Source of the DNA: Octopus sinensis
Lineage: Eukaryota
NCBI RefSeq assembly: GCF_006345805.1
Contig: NC_042998.1
Coordinates: forward strand, 139,314,001-139,378,000
Length of the DNA stretch: 64,000 nt
Direction: 5' to 3'
Both the position numbers and the translations under genes were made by a program. Under the pieces are notes generated by a model. That model ran no database searches and had not been told where the DNA came from. It saw nothing but the letters and a program-made list of their open reading frames with translations. Below, piece by piece: positions 25,880 through 38,978 of the stretch (within the stretch, counting starts at the first letter, position 1; every line of letters starts with the position of its first letter).

Positions 25880-27274
25880 TACTGGTAACCTGTAACCCAG
25901 TTATAACCTGTTGCATGGCTAGGCTGTCAGTGACTAAGTAGTCAACTCTACCAAGCCTGCTTGGTAAGGAGGGTAGTTTTTGTTGGACACCCAGCAGAAC
26001 GGAAAATAAAACTGTCAAGGGTCAGATGAACACAGTAGAGAGACCCCTAGTTTTTGTTTAGACATCTCTTTAAGAGAGGGAAAATACAAAATAACAGTTG
26101 CTTCATTGTAAAGCCAGAGATCTTTTCAAACTACTAGGCTCTGTGGGTGAGAGTTTTAGCAGTATTGCACAAGCTGTTATTGACTTTGAATTTCAGCATG
26201 GGAATTGCTGACAGCCATTGTCTTTAATATCTTAGGAACATCCTAATTGAGAAATTTGATGAGAGGGAGGAGGATCTACAAACTTGTGACATAGAGGGCA
26301 ACTGGGAATTCCTGTGAGACAGTTTGCTGAGTGCCACAGACCAAATTTGTGGCTGGTGCAAAGTCCCTTCCAGACCTAGAGTAATGTGGTGGTGGAAAAA
26401 TACCGAAAACAAAGCCATTAGAGCAAAGAAACAGGCTTAGAAGGCCTGGAAGTGTGGGGGCAGTAGGGAACTGTATCAGATAGCCATAAGAGAAGCTAGG
26501 AGACAGATATATCTAGCCAAGCATGAAGCAGAAAAGAAGAAGTTTGCCTATGTTCAGCATCATGAGGACCAAAGAACTGAAGTATTTCAGATTGCAAGAC
26601 AGTGTGTGAGAGAAAATTGTGATGCCATAGGAGAGAAATGTATCTGCATGGATGATGGTGCACTTTTAAGGAATCTGCAAAGAAAGAGGCTTGGAGATGC
26701 CATTATGAAAGACTGCTGAATGTGGAGAATGAATGGGAGGAGAGTCTGCCAAATGTTGACCCAATTGAGGGAACAGCTACCCAAATTGACAGTCCCCTCT
26801 TGAGAGGACCTGTCAAACCAAATGCATCCATGCTGGTGGCACATAAAGAACATCTTTTGAATGTTGAGCCTCACAGAGGCAAAGTAGCTGAGTTCCATTC
26901 AAGTGTTGGGTCTAACAGAGGCGAAGTGGCTGAGTTCCTTTTAAGTGTTGGGTCTAACGGAAGCAATAACCAAGACCTTTGGCATTATGTTGTGCTTGAG
27001 AAGAAGACTCATCAAGCAAAGCAAAATCAGTCATGGCAGATACCAATGTCATCCAAATCGGTACCTGTGCCGGTGGCACATAAACACATCCTGGTGTCAT
27101 GTAAAAGCAACTGTTACACTCTCAGAGTGGTTAGTGTTAGGAAGGGCATCCAGCCATAGAAAACCATGCCAAATCCGACTGGAGTCTGGTGCAGCCTTCC
27201 AGCATGCCAGCCCAGTCAAACCATCCAACTCATGCCAGCATAGACAACAGACGTTAAATGATGATGATGATGAT
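25880..27274 (+). mobile_element. RTE-clade LINE derivative lacking the RT domain
   Basis: Degraded translation ATDQICGWCKVPSRPRVMWWW...EVFQIARQCVREN.D.IGEKC...WRCHYERLLNVENEW (post-endonuclease linker) joins at about 26793 to the 3' UTR ending (GAT)n; 5' boundary uncertain. Confidence 0.8.
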
Positions 27275-27736
27275 AAGATAATTTGTTAGTGATGATCATA
27301 TTTGGCTAGGAGTTGATAGCCACTGCATGTCTGTACATGTGTGGGCGTGCACGCGCGTGCATGTGTGCGTGTGTGCATGATGTTTGTGCCATCTTGAGTT
27401 GACCTAAAAACTTGTATAATGTATATTCTTCAATTACATGCATTCCTAGCATTGAATTTATAAAATACAAATGAGCATAACATTAATTATTTATGAACTA
27501 ATCATGTGTATGCTGTGATTCAATTCAAGTAATGCATAAAATTCATATTCCAAAAATTAGACATACAAGAGGAAAAGATGAAAAATAAATTTGGAATTAG
27601 CGTTCAAAACACATTCTGAAAGAATCAATTTTATCTCTGAAGGGAGAAAAAAATTATTTTGATTATCAGTGATATGGAAAACAAAATGGAAACAATCAAA
27701 TTTCATTGAATAACAGAAGTATATTCTTTTGCCTGT

Positions 27737-28253
27737 GGAGGCGCAATGGCCCAGTGGTTAGGGCAGCGGACTCGCGGTCGTAGGATCGCGGTTTCGATTC
27801 CCAGACTGGGCATTGTGTTTATTGAGTGAAAACACCTAAAGCTCCACAAGGTTCCGGCAGGTGTGTGTGTGGGGGGGGGCCCTGTTGTACTCTTTCACCA
27901 CAACTTTCTCTCACTCTTTCTTCCTGTTTCTGTTGTACCTGTATTTCAAAGGGCCAGCCTTGTCACACTCTTTGTCACGCTGGATCTCCTCGAAAACTAC
28001 GTGAAAGGTACGCACATCTGTGAAGTGCTCAGCCACTTGCACGTTAATAAATGAACTGCGACGTCACTGGTGTCAAACTGTATCGGCCTTTGCTTTTCCC
28101 TTGGATAATATCAGTGACGTGGAGAGGGGAGGCTGGTATGCGTAGGTGACTGCTTGTCTTCCATAAACAACCTTGCCCAGACTTGTGCCTCGGAGGGTAA
28201 CTTTCTAGGTGCAATCCCAAGGTCATTCATGACCAAAGGGGGTCACAACAACA
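27737..28253 (+). mobile_element. young tRNA-derived SINE (family S3) with a 12-bp target-site duplication
   Basis: A box TGGCCCAGTGG 27747-27757, B box GGTTTCGATTCCC about 27790-27802, CpG-rich, (ACA)n tail, TSD ATTCTTTTGCCT at 27723-27734 and 28254-28265. Confidence 0.92.
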
Positions 28254-28480
28254 ATTCTTTTGCCTATCAACAATAGCACTTTTTCTCAAGACCCTTGAAT
28301 ATTTTCTATCTTATATTTGATAATGGGATGATTTCCCGAAATATAATAGAAGCATTAAACAACTTATGTGTTACATAAGTATGTGTTACATAAAGTATGT
28401 GTTACATAAAGTTTCATCTCATCTTCATTTATTGTTAACAACTCACATATTTTAACTAAATTCTAGCCTGCACTGCTTAA

Positions 28481-28841
28481 CCCTTCCAGTACTAAACTAC
28501 CCAAGATCACTCTTAGGTCTATGATAGAAACTTCCTGTTTAAAAGTGATATATATTAAACCCTCCCATCAAAATTACATGTTAATTTCATCCTAAACACC
28601 AGTTAAAAATAATGACAGAGGTATTTTACTAAATTTTTAATTATTTCCAAGATTAAGTGATATACAGGCAGTATATTTCAACAGAAATAGATAACAAAAC
28701 TTTCCATCAAAATTTCATGTTACTTTATATCCTAAACACTAGCTTAATAATGGCAAAGTTATCTTACAAAATTTTTAATTAGTTTCCAAATTAATTGAAA
28801 TAAAAACAGTTTATTTCCACAGAAATATAGTAACAAAAGGA
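28481..28841 (+). mobile_element. piggyBac-like MITE family A with a tandemly duplicated 3' half
   Basis: TTAA-CCCTT start, GTAACAAAAGG end, about 140-bp internal tandem duplication. Confidence 0.75.
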
Positions 28842-30663
28842 ATAAAGTTGTTTTAAAAAAAAAAATTTCTTTATAAACTAGAGTTTAAGCTTCGAAATTT
28901 GATACTAATGGGGGGAAAAAAACTGTTGGTCTCCCTCTGTTGCAATCCATAAAAGGCTGCAAACAACTCTCAGCCACATAAAAGTAAAGATGATGTAATC
29001 CTGTGCATTTCCCCTATAAAAGAATAGTCTGAACCATTTTTTTTTACTATCAATATAAGGGAATATGTTATTAGCTACAATGATATATTTAAACCGCTTT
29101 ATACTGAAAGGTCACTGCAGCATGATAATTCAGATTAAATTTATATTTAGGTAAACTGATCCATCTTAATACCATTGCCAACATATCTCACACCAGCACC
29201 ATCAACATGAAGTAACTTGAGATGTGGAAGAAAAAAAAACAAGAAACAAGATAGTTTTTTTGTTTTGTTTTTTTCCATCCTTATCCTTACAACACACACA
29301 CACACACACACGAATGCATGAAATTGATTCTTAAAATCAGGAAACAACTGAAAATAATCACCATAAACGAAGAGAGTTTCATTTCTTAATATGTTAAATT
29401 ACAAAAGCAATTACTTGCAAACATTAACATAATCTACATTTAAAAAGATAAGCTTATCATTACTCTACAAAAGGCGATGCAATAATGATAAATCAATGCA
29501 GCAGAGCTAAGTGAATAACATTAAGAATGGAAGTTGGTGCTCACCATCTTATAAAAGAAATATTATTAGCCGTAATAAATCATGGATACCTAAAATAACT
29601 ACTAAAACTCTATTAAATTTACACTTGATGATAGAGCACCATCATCGTTATAAAGTCCACTGTACCATGCTTGCATGGGTTAAACAGAGGGAATTTGTTA
29701 ATGTAGAGTTTCTATGGCCAAATGCACTTACTGCTACTAACACTCACCTTGTTTCCAAGCAAGGTAGTATTTCAATACGGCTGGACATGTTTTCACAAAA
29801 CACTAGAAACAAGGGACACAGCTTATATAACAGTGATTACTTGTTTACAACTTTCATACAATGTCAAGGCAACGAAACAAACACACACACACACATCCGC
29901 AATGATGCAAACGACCACTGGTAATTAATTAGACCAGAGAAAAAAAACTAATCAGTAATTGTATGTGTTACATAAGACATGTTAAGTTTAGCTTGGAAGT
30001 GTGTGTGTTGGCATAAAGCCACCTCCCTCGATAACACACCTACCCACCCACTCAGTAGAGGGGCCTTGTCTTACAATTTACTTGATGACCTCCACAAAGT
30101 ACTGATGTCATGAAAAAAGCACCCAGTACACACTGAAAAGTAGCAGGCATTAGGAAGGACATTCAGTAATAAAAACCATGCCAAAGCAGACTTTGGAGCT
30201 TGAAGCAGTGTTTTGGCTTGCTAGTTTCTGTAAAACCATCCAACCCAAAGAAGTATAGAGAAACAGGCATTAAATGGTGGTGCTAATGATGATATATGCA
30301 CATACATGTATGCAAGCATACATGCAACTGGCTTCTTTCACTTACAAGGGTTTGATGGATCCAGGATTATAGCAGAAGACATCTACCCAAATGCCATGCA
30401 GTGAGACTGAAGCGCAAACCATGTTGTTGGGAAGCAAAATTCTCAACCAGTCCACTATGTCTACACCTATACACTCAAAATTTCTTCCATCTCTAAAACA
30501 AAGGATATCAATTCCAGACATCAATTTTAGTACGAATGTAACAATTGATTCTTTAATTCTGAGATAAAGTTTCATTTGGTGCAACCAGGCTGTCTTCATA
30601 AGACAAATGAATGAAAACATTCTACATTGCACAAATATATTTATTAAATCAGTAAACATTATC

Positions 30664-30666
<3 letters not shown>

Positions 30667-30712
<46 letters not shown>
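30667..30712. repeat. (CA)n microsatellite
   Basis: direct observation. Confidence 0.95.
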
Positions 30713-30716
<4 letters not shown>

Positions 30717-32222
30717 TTCTTGAAAGTTCTTAGAATTAATTTGACTTGAACCCTTGATTAAATACACCATTAAAGGCAAAACCTAAAGTCCTAGTCAAAT
30801 CAATACTATCAATACATTTTCAATCTGCTTAATAGAACCCCACAATCAGTAAATATTTTACCACTTTTGAACAAGCTGATCAATAATACCAAATAATACA
30901 CACACACTTGAAAATAAATAGCATGTGTAAAGCAAATCATTTTCTATATTTCTCTAATTACAAATATTTGTAACACAGGCACAAATAGGGTACTTGAAGG
31001 ATAATTTTATTTTACTAATCTCTAAAAGAAATAAAGCCAATGTTGACCTAGGCAAAGTTTTTTAATATCATTATTATCATCATCATCAGCATCAAGAATA
31101 TTATTACTACTAAAAGCACCCACTACACTCTCGGAGTGGTTGGCATTAGGAAGGGCATCCAGCTATAGAAACTTTGCCAGATCAGAATGAGTCAAATTGT
31201 CCAACCCATGATAGAATAGAAAGCGAACGTTAAACAATGATGATGATGAAGTTAAAGAGATGTAACTGAATACTGCAGGGTATTTTATGCAAGCGCTATC
31301 GACTTTGTTAACAATGTTAATACAACTAAAGCAAAACTGAAGTGAAAGAAGGTGAATACTAAACATATTTCTCATAAAATCCAATCAAATAGTGAATAAA
31401 CACTAAGAAGTAGCATTGATTTCTTAAGTCTTATTTTTTAAAGACATATAATAAGAAAAGTGCTGGGAAGTTTGTTTTTATTGAATAAAGCATTTTGTGT
31501 AAAATGACTTCTTCAATATTCAAATGTTAAACAAACACGAGACAAATGTCCCCTTGCAAACATAGCAATCTATCACAGATAACTTACTTAGAAAATCTAG
31601 CACTTCTAGCTAGGTAATCTGAAGCAAATACAATTATTAACACTTTTGATATCAACCCACTTGATACTACCCACCCACTGGTTCAATGATGCAAGCTTTC
31701 TGTTTAAAAGTGATCTAAATTAAAAGTTCCCATCTAAATCTTGTATCAATTTAAGTCCCAAACATCGGTTTAACAACAGTTCCTTAGGAAGGGTGCCCAG
31801 CCATAGATACCATGCCAAAGCTTACAATGGAGACTCCATAAATAGTTTTTCAATTATTTTGGTTTAGGTTTTGTTTTATAAACTCTTCTCTAAAAGACAA
31901 ATACATTTATGCAGATTATAGTATTATGTGAATTAGAATGCAAATGTTTTTTTTTTAATGTCTGTAGCCCTAGGACTAGTCAGATCCTGTCATGCAATAG
32001 GACTAAACTCAAAATCATGTAGTCAGGAAGCAAACTATTTAACCACCCCACCATGCCTGGGCCTAAATACTCAAAATTTCTTCACAACCCTTCAGCTCAT
32101 TGAATCCTGTTGAACCATCCATCCTATGCCAGCATGGAACACAGATGTTAAATGATGATAATGATAATTGAAACAAAAGCAATGTAATTTCAACAGAAAC
32201 ATGGTAAAAAGAAAAGGGTTAA

Positions 32223-32436
32223 CCCTTTCGTTACCAACCTGACTGAAACAGGCTCTGGCTACAAATTTTTTGTTTTCATAAGTTTTGAATTAAAATTTTC
32301 CACCAAACCTTAGTCACACTTTATGTTTCTAACACCAGCTGAATGATAACTAAGTTATTTTACTAAATTCTTCATTCTATTTAAAGTAATTGAAAGAAAC
32401 ACAGAGCATCTCAAAATAAATACAGTAACAAAAGGG
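32223..32436 (+). mobile_element. piggyBac-like MITE (family A-related)
   Basis: TIRs CCCTTTCGTTAC / GTAACAAAAGGG, TTAA on both sides (32219-32222, 32437-32440). Confidence 0.88.
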
Positions 32437-32592
32437 TTAAGTATCATTCACAAAGAAAAGACAACAAAACTCATACAGAGAGATTTAATTTCATTAATTA
32501 AAGATTTGTTATCTAATCAGTCATTTCATACTACATAACTACTAAAAGAAAACAGCAACATAACAAATTTTTTTTCTCTTTGTGAAATATTG

Positions 32593-32810
32593 GTTTCAAA
32601 TTTTAGCACAAAACCAGCAAGTTCAAGGGATGGGATAAGTCAATTACATCAATCCCTCAAGTGCTGAACTGGCACTTATTTTATCAATCCTCAAAAGGAT
32701 GAAAAGCAAAGTGGACCCCAGCAGAATTTGAACTCAGAATGTAAAGAGGGATGAAATGTTGCTAAGCATTTTGCTCAGCATGCTAATGATTCAGCCACCT
32801 CACTGCCTTA
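32593..32810 (-). mobile_element. S1 SINE
   Basis: family match. Confidence 0.75.
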
Positions 32811-32889
32811 ACTCTTTGTGAAATATAAAAAATTCAAATATACTACTAATTACTAATTTTTCAGACAAAACTATTTTATAACTAATTAT

Positions 32890-33300
32890 GGTTGTGTGGT
32901 TAAAATGCTCACCATACAACCATATGGTTTCAGGTTCAGTCCCACTACATGGCACCTAGGGCAAGTGTCTTCTACAACAGCCTCAAGCTGACCAATGCCT
33001 TATGAGTGAATTTGGTAGACAAAGTGTGTGGAAGCCCATCATACACACACACATACACATACATACATACATGTGTGTGTGTGTGTGTGCGCGCGCGCAT
33101 GTGCATAGGTGAGTGCTTTTGTCCCCACTGTCCCCACCACTTGACAACTGGTGTTGCTGTCCCTGTAACTTAGTAGTTCAGTGAAGAGACTAACAGAATT
33201 GTCCCAGACTTTGAAAGAAAAAAGAAAAAAATACAGCTCTTCAAAATGATGCTCCAATGTGGTCACAGTCCAGTGACTGAAATAAGTAATGGATAAAAGG
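32890..33300 (+). mobile_element. S2 SINE, full length
   Basis: family match from head through (TG)n to tail. Confidence 0.8.
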
Positions 33301-33371
33301 CAAAAAATCTTATTAGGTTTGCTAGTCCAGATAATACAGAGGAAGGGGTGCAAAAAAAGGAAATCACTTAC

Positions 33372-33435
33372 CAAAACTCGGACAGAAAATGAAATAAAGA
33401 GGAAATGCAACCATTAAAACTGTATCTTGTGGTCA
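33372..33435 (-). other. candidate 64-bp spliced exon
   Basis: ttttttctcaattacttaatgtacag|TGACC...GTTTTG|gtaagtg; open frame VTTRYSFNGCISSLFHFLSEF. Confidence 0.3.
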
Positions 33436-34194
33436 CTGTACATTAAGTAATTGAGAAAAAAGCTCCAGTAGTTGCAAATAATAGCAACCAAGGCTCATAA
33501 AAACCATTTCCACAAGAATCCCATGTAAACATAACACTTAATAAGGAGAGTATCCCCCACCCCACCCCACACACACACTGTACAATTACCGCTTGCCACT
33601 ACAGCCACAGAGAAGAAGAGAAGGAGAAGGAAGAAGATGAAGGCTAGCAGGCTTACTAGCAAGTTGAAATGTTCTGCACATCTGTGCCAAGTTTCATCTC
33701 TCAACCCATTTCAACAGTGATGAAATATGATGTAAAGTGGTTATTTAGTAAACATCTTAAAAACAGAATGATATCACGAACTAAACAAGTTGGCATAAGG
33801 ATACTGAGGCAACACAATCGGTATCTCAGACTCTAAGATGCTGATGATGATAGTGACAATGATTATTATTATTATTATTATTACCACATGCTGTTTCAAG
33901 GATTTGGTAAATAAAATTATTAAGAGGAGTGACTGTAAAGATAATTTATGGTTTATTGGTCTATTTCTCAGAGGCAGGAATGAGGTTACTTTTTTTCAGT
34001 AAACTCAATTGAAATTCAAAAATGAAAAAAAAAACAGGTATACTGAAAGATTACTATAAAGAGCTAGAGTTAAAATGAAATAAGCATTCATTATTTAATT
34101 AGTTACTGCCTTATCTTATTAATTAGAGCGCTTAAGATTTGATGTGAAAATTTATATGATGAAACTGATAAGAAAAAGAAAAGAATTTTAAGGT

Positions 34195-34355
34195 CTATGT
34201 TTGTATGTATGTGAGAAAGTGTGTATGTGTGCATATGTGTGTGTGAGTGCGTGTATGTGTATGTACATGTATATGTGTACGTGCATGTGTGTGCATGTAT
34301 ATATGTGTGTGTGTGTGTGTATATATATATACACACACACACACATATGTATGTA
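34195..34355. repeat. compound (TG)n/(TA)n/(CA)n microsatellite
   Basis: direct observation. Confidence 0.9.
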
Positions 34356-35124
34356 TGTTTGGTGTTCTATGTTCTAAATTTCCACTCGGTTTTAAGCAGT
34401 GCTTCAAAATATGTACTTTTTCTTATTCTTTTCTTTTTTTTGCATGAAAAAATATAAAAATAAAATATGAATTTACAATTTATTTACATTTTCCATCATC
34501 ATTACGAATGTTTCTTACATTACAATTTTTATATATTATATTTCATCAGTAGAGTGGAAAATACTGCATTCCCCCCCCCCCACCTTTCTGAATAAATTAT
34601 CACAAGTTACAGACTACAGACATAAAAAACATTTGCATTCTGATTCACATGATACTATGACCTGTATAAATCTATTTGTCTCCAGGGAAAGAATTTACAA
34701 ACCAAAAGCAAAATAATTGAGAAACTAAATAAATAAAAACAAAAAAAAAATATTTCAATAACTTCAAAAACTCTACATAAAAAACTATTTTGAAATTCTA
34801 AAAACTCTGTTGAGTAACAAACATCTGATTTTTGAATTGGTTGAAATGCAGGTTGTTTGTTATATACAAATAAATAACTACAAAATATAAACAAAGAATC
34901 CTCTCCTCTGTAGTTACTCAACCTCCAAGAACAGCAGCTAAATCTCTAGTGAATCACAGCCTATAATATTTGTTGACATGAAAGACACACAAGATTTTGT
35001 AGTCTCAGATACATTATTAAAAAAAATGATACAGTCATTGCTGAAAAACCTTTGACCACAGGTCTTGGCTCAATCAAAGCTGACTTGGAATTAACTAAAA
35101 TAAAAGCATGAAAAACTTGTGGTA

Positions 35125-35425
35125 TTTATCATCACCATCCATCATTTTGAATCTAGGTTTTGTCCCCGTTAATGAGGGTGGCCAGATATACCACATTGCC
35201 ATAGCAACTGCCCTCACACCATCTTGTCATCTTGCCCAGTTTTGGGTGTCCTCCCTTCTCAAGCCAATCCTCCCAATCTCTTCCTCCTCCACCTGTCCCC
35301 TCCACATTTTCCTTGGTCTACCTCGCTTTTACTGTCCATTTACCTCAAACACTAGCACCCTCTTCTGAACATGCTCCTCATCCTTCCTCAACACATGCTC
35401 ATACCACTGCCTTTCCTAAAGGCAC
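35125..35425 (-). mobile_element. RTE LINE ORF C-terminus (second family)
   Basis: QWYEHVLRKDEEHVQKRVLVFEVNG..KRGRPRKMW on the minus strand. Confidence 0.75.
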
Positions 35426-35724
35426 TAACAGTGACTAGAATTTGGTTTTCTATCAAACTCAACAGTTTCAAAATAAAATTTAGAATACCAACATTATATA
35501 TTACATGTGTTATGCAAAAATAACAACTAAATATTCAGAATAAAAAAATTGGACCATAAACAAGGAAAGAAATTCCAACTAAAAGCAAGTTTACTAGATG
35601 TTTAATCTAAGAGACAAGATGCTGTTAAAAAAAAATGTATTCTTGCTAATATAAAATTGTGCTGAAAAGTATATTCAACAGTGCAATGCACTATATATAT
35701 ATCCTTCTTCCTTATATATAGGCA

Positions 35725-36200
35725 TATCATCATTGTTTCAGGCTTCATGGGTTGGACAGTTCAAAAGGATCTGATGAGTCCAAGAACTGCATTGTGCTCC
35801 AGTGTCTGTTTGGCATGATTCTACAGTTGGAAGCCCTTAACATCAATCATTTTAAAGTGTGTACTGGGTGCTTTTTTTTTCTTTTCATACTTTCAGCACA
35901 AGTGAGGTTGCCATGCAGCTTGCAAAACTATGAACCTCAAGTGGAGAGGTAAAACTTTATGGTAGGAGAATAGCATGAAGAATATGGGAGGAAAGGAGCA
36001 AAGCCGGTTTCTTGCTTAAGAACTATATGACTGCTCATGTTTTAGAAGAGAGATTGGAGGGTGGAGCTGAAAATTGGTGATGAGGTATCAGAGTATATTT
36101 TCAAGGTACAAGGCAGGAGGAATGAAAAGAACAGGGGTGCCAGAAGTGAGTGGAAGAAGTAGGGGATGTATGTTTAGTGCAGGGTAGCAAACCAATAATT
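35725..36200 (-). mobile_element. RTE 3' tail/UTR fragment
   Basis: family match, degraded. Confidence 0.6.
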
Positions 36201-37254
36201 TTTTTTTAGGAAAGTGCTACAATCAAGTGAATCAACCTTAATACACTGCTGTACTTATTTTATCAGCTCCAAAGACATCAGAGGTACCCCCTAAAAGAAA
36301 AGAAAACATTTGATGTCCCTGACTAATCAGAATATTATCAATAGATAGACTGCTGTTTTGTAAATAATGTCCAACAAGATCAATAGAAGACAAATTTTCC
36401 AAAAGTTTTCTTAAAAGGGAAAAATCAAGGTTTATATGACTTGCATGTTTATGTTGAATTTCTCTGGTTACTAATATAAAACATATGGTGTATATCAACC
36501 TGAAACAACATTATTCAAAATATCCACTTTGATTTCTCACGTTAAAAATATCAAATTTCTTTAGATATAACTGTCAAAGCCAACTTAAATTATGTAGTAA
36601 TATTCAGTGAACAAGTCATTAAATAGTTTTAGTGAAATCTTTTCCTCCATTGTTAGTTTCTCTCAGTCCCCCACTCCCATGCTCTCTCTTTCTCTCTCCC
36701 CGCCTTTCCTTTCTTCCCTCCTCTCTCTCTTTCCCTCCATGTTGAGACCAAAGTGGAATATACTGCACTGGGAGAAGTATTGTAAAGTTGTTCCCTTACA
36801 TTGGCACAAGGCCAAAAGCTTTGTCAGGGGGAAAGAGCAGTATAGTTGATTAATTCTGATCCCAGTACACGCCTGGTACTAATTAACATCGGTAAGATGA
36901 AAAGCTAAGTCTTTCCCAGCAGGATTAGAACTCCCAACATAAAGGAATGTAACTAAACACTTCAAGGCATTCAGTCTGGCACCACCATTTCTGTCACTCC
37001 ACTGCCTTTTGGAGAACGATAACGATGATGAAGCACAACTGATAAACAGAATCAACTTGCAAAGCATTTTCCCATTTTTTTTCTTTTTATTTGTAATCAG
37101 AATTCTCTATCAATGTGTGGTAGTTCTACCTAAAAAAAAAATTAAACTGTTACAATTACTAAACAAAAACAGGTGCCAACTAATCTCATTGGGATTTTTA
37201 CTCTTGCTTTATTTTGCTACACTTCATGGTATTAAACTTCCCATCATCATCTTC

Positions 37255-37720
37255 ATTATCATTTAATGTCCTATTTCCATGCTGACATGGTTTGTTAGAA
37301 TGTGATGAGTTAGAGAACAAGGTCATACACCGGTGTCTACTTTGACATGATTTTTACGGCTAGAGGACTTTTTGTTTTTTGTTTTTTTTTGCATAATCAG
37401 AATAGTCCATTATTATTTAATATCTGGCTTCTATGCTGACAGGAGTTGGACAGTTTGACTCTCATACACCAGTGTCTACTATGGCATGGTTTCTACAGCT
37501 AAGATGCCATTCCTAATATCAACCACTTTACAGAATGTACTAGGTAGTTTTGTTTGTTTGTTTTTTCTTTTTGTTTTGCTTTGTTTGTTTTGTTTTTTTG
37601 TGGCACCAGTGATGATTGCCCCATAACTTGCAGAGCTACTCCTATAACTGAAGGAGAACAGAAGACAGGGCAGACAAAAATTCTTGGATGGTAAGCAGGA
37701 GATGGGAGAATATGGCAAGG
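37255..37720 (-). mobile_element. RTE 3' tail, partly duplicated
   Basis: Two TCATACACC(A/G)GTGTCTACT copies. Confidence 0.65.
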
Positions 37721-38947
37721 AACAGGGGAAAGAGAAGGGATTATTGACAAGGCTATGGAAAATGAAGGGGAAGTAAATTTTAAGTCTCTACACAAGTACA
37801 ACTCTGAAATTTAGTTCTGTCTAAGTTTTAACTTCATGGTTCATCATGTATACTCACATTTCATCTAGTTTCCTCCATTTAATGCCCATGAAATAAATAC
37901 CAATAATATACTAGAATCTATTTAATCAACTTTTATCTCAACCCTAGTCTAGTACTTCACTAAGAAACCAATATTTTAACAAAAATTTGACATTTTTCTT
38001 CAGAAGTAATTTCCATAAATCTAAATAATATTTAGCTCAGAAAAAAATATCTTAATGATTATTCTTTTCATTTTATCATTTTTTTTCATCTTATTGAACA
38101 TTTTGTAATAGTTTTGTCATCATTATAATTTTTATTCAAAGCCATTATTTTGTAACTAATCATTTTATGCTAATAAGAAGTAAGCTGCTGTCAAGAGTAT
38201 TACAAAAGGTGCATTTTTTTCTTTCTTTTATATGATTACTTTAGAGAGGGAGGAACTTGCCATCTTTAGGACATATGAGAATTTGGTGTGATAAAAGCCA
38301 CTGTCTTGGGTTAGGACAAAATAGCTTTTAAATTTTGTAATGTAAAAATTGCCAGCAGAAATAGCTTCAGTCAATGGTGAAATAGAAAAGTTATTAATTA
38401 TAGAGACAAGATCACTTCTGAGATTTAACTCAAGTGAGTATGAATGATAAACCTTCAGGCAGAATATGATAAACAGTTTCTAATTTTGCACAGCTTCCTA
38501 TTGATCAGGACACAAAGAATCGAATGGGAATGCAATTTCCAAGAAATAAATTCGACACTAATTTATATGAATACTGACTGGTCAAAATGTTTGTTTAAGA
38601 GACTTGATCAAAAAATTAACGATTTCATGTCTAAACACTTTTTAAATTTTACTTGAAAAGAAACCATATTTTCATATTGAATACTTTTGCTTCAAGCCTT
38701 GTCCCATTTTCTTTTTGTGTTTCATTTTGTCTTCAGTTATTATTTTTTTTTCTGTTGCTACTCACTCTTATTCTCTCTGACTGACAAACATCATTATTTT
38801 TATTTTTCTCTTTCACACACAATGTGCGTGTGTGTGTGTGTGGTTAAGAATGGGTATAGTTAAATATATGATTTCGGCACAGTACAACACCTAGGCTAAG
38901 TGCATTCTACTAATGGAGAGAAACTGAAAGATTCCATTATATATTTG

Positions 38948-38978
<31 letters not shown>

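Noticed and set aside
26722-27289. 145-aa and 114-aa ORFs as host genes
   Set aside because: They are chimeric read-through across the RTE linker/3' UTR deletion junction.
27737-27810. tRNA gene
   Set aside because: It has A and B boxes but no complete cloverleaf or acceptor stem, and continues into a SINE body with a TSD.
34103-34457. Overlapping HT/VC/YI-repeat ORFs (also near 7.9, 51.0, 52.5 and 58.4 kb)
   Set aside because: They are translations of dinucleotide microsatellites.
35774-35800. CTGATGAGTCC as a hammerhead core
   Set aside because: There is no complementary GGAC-GAAA downstream, and it lies in an RTE tail.
36238-36501. 86-aa minus-strand ORF starting at a good acceptor (gtttcag|G)
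   Set aside because: There is no convincing donor, its 3' part is S1 SINE sequence, and it has no recognisable homology.
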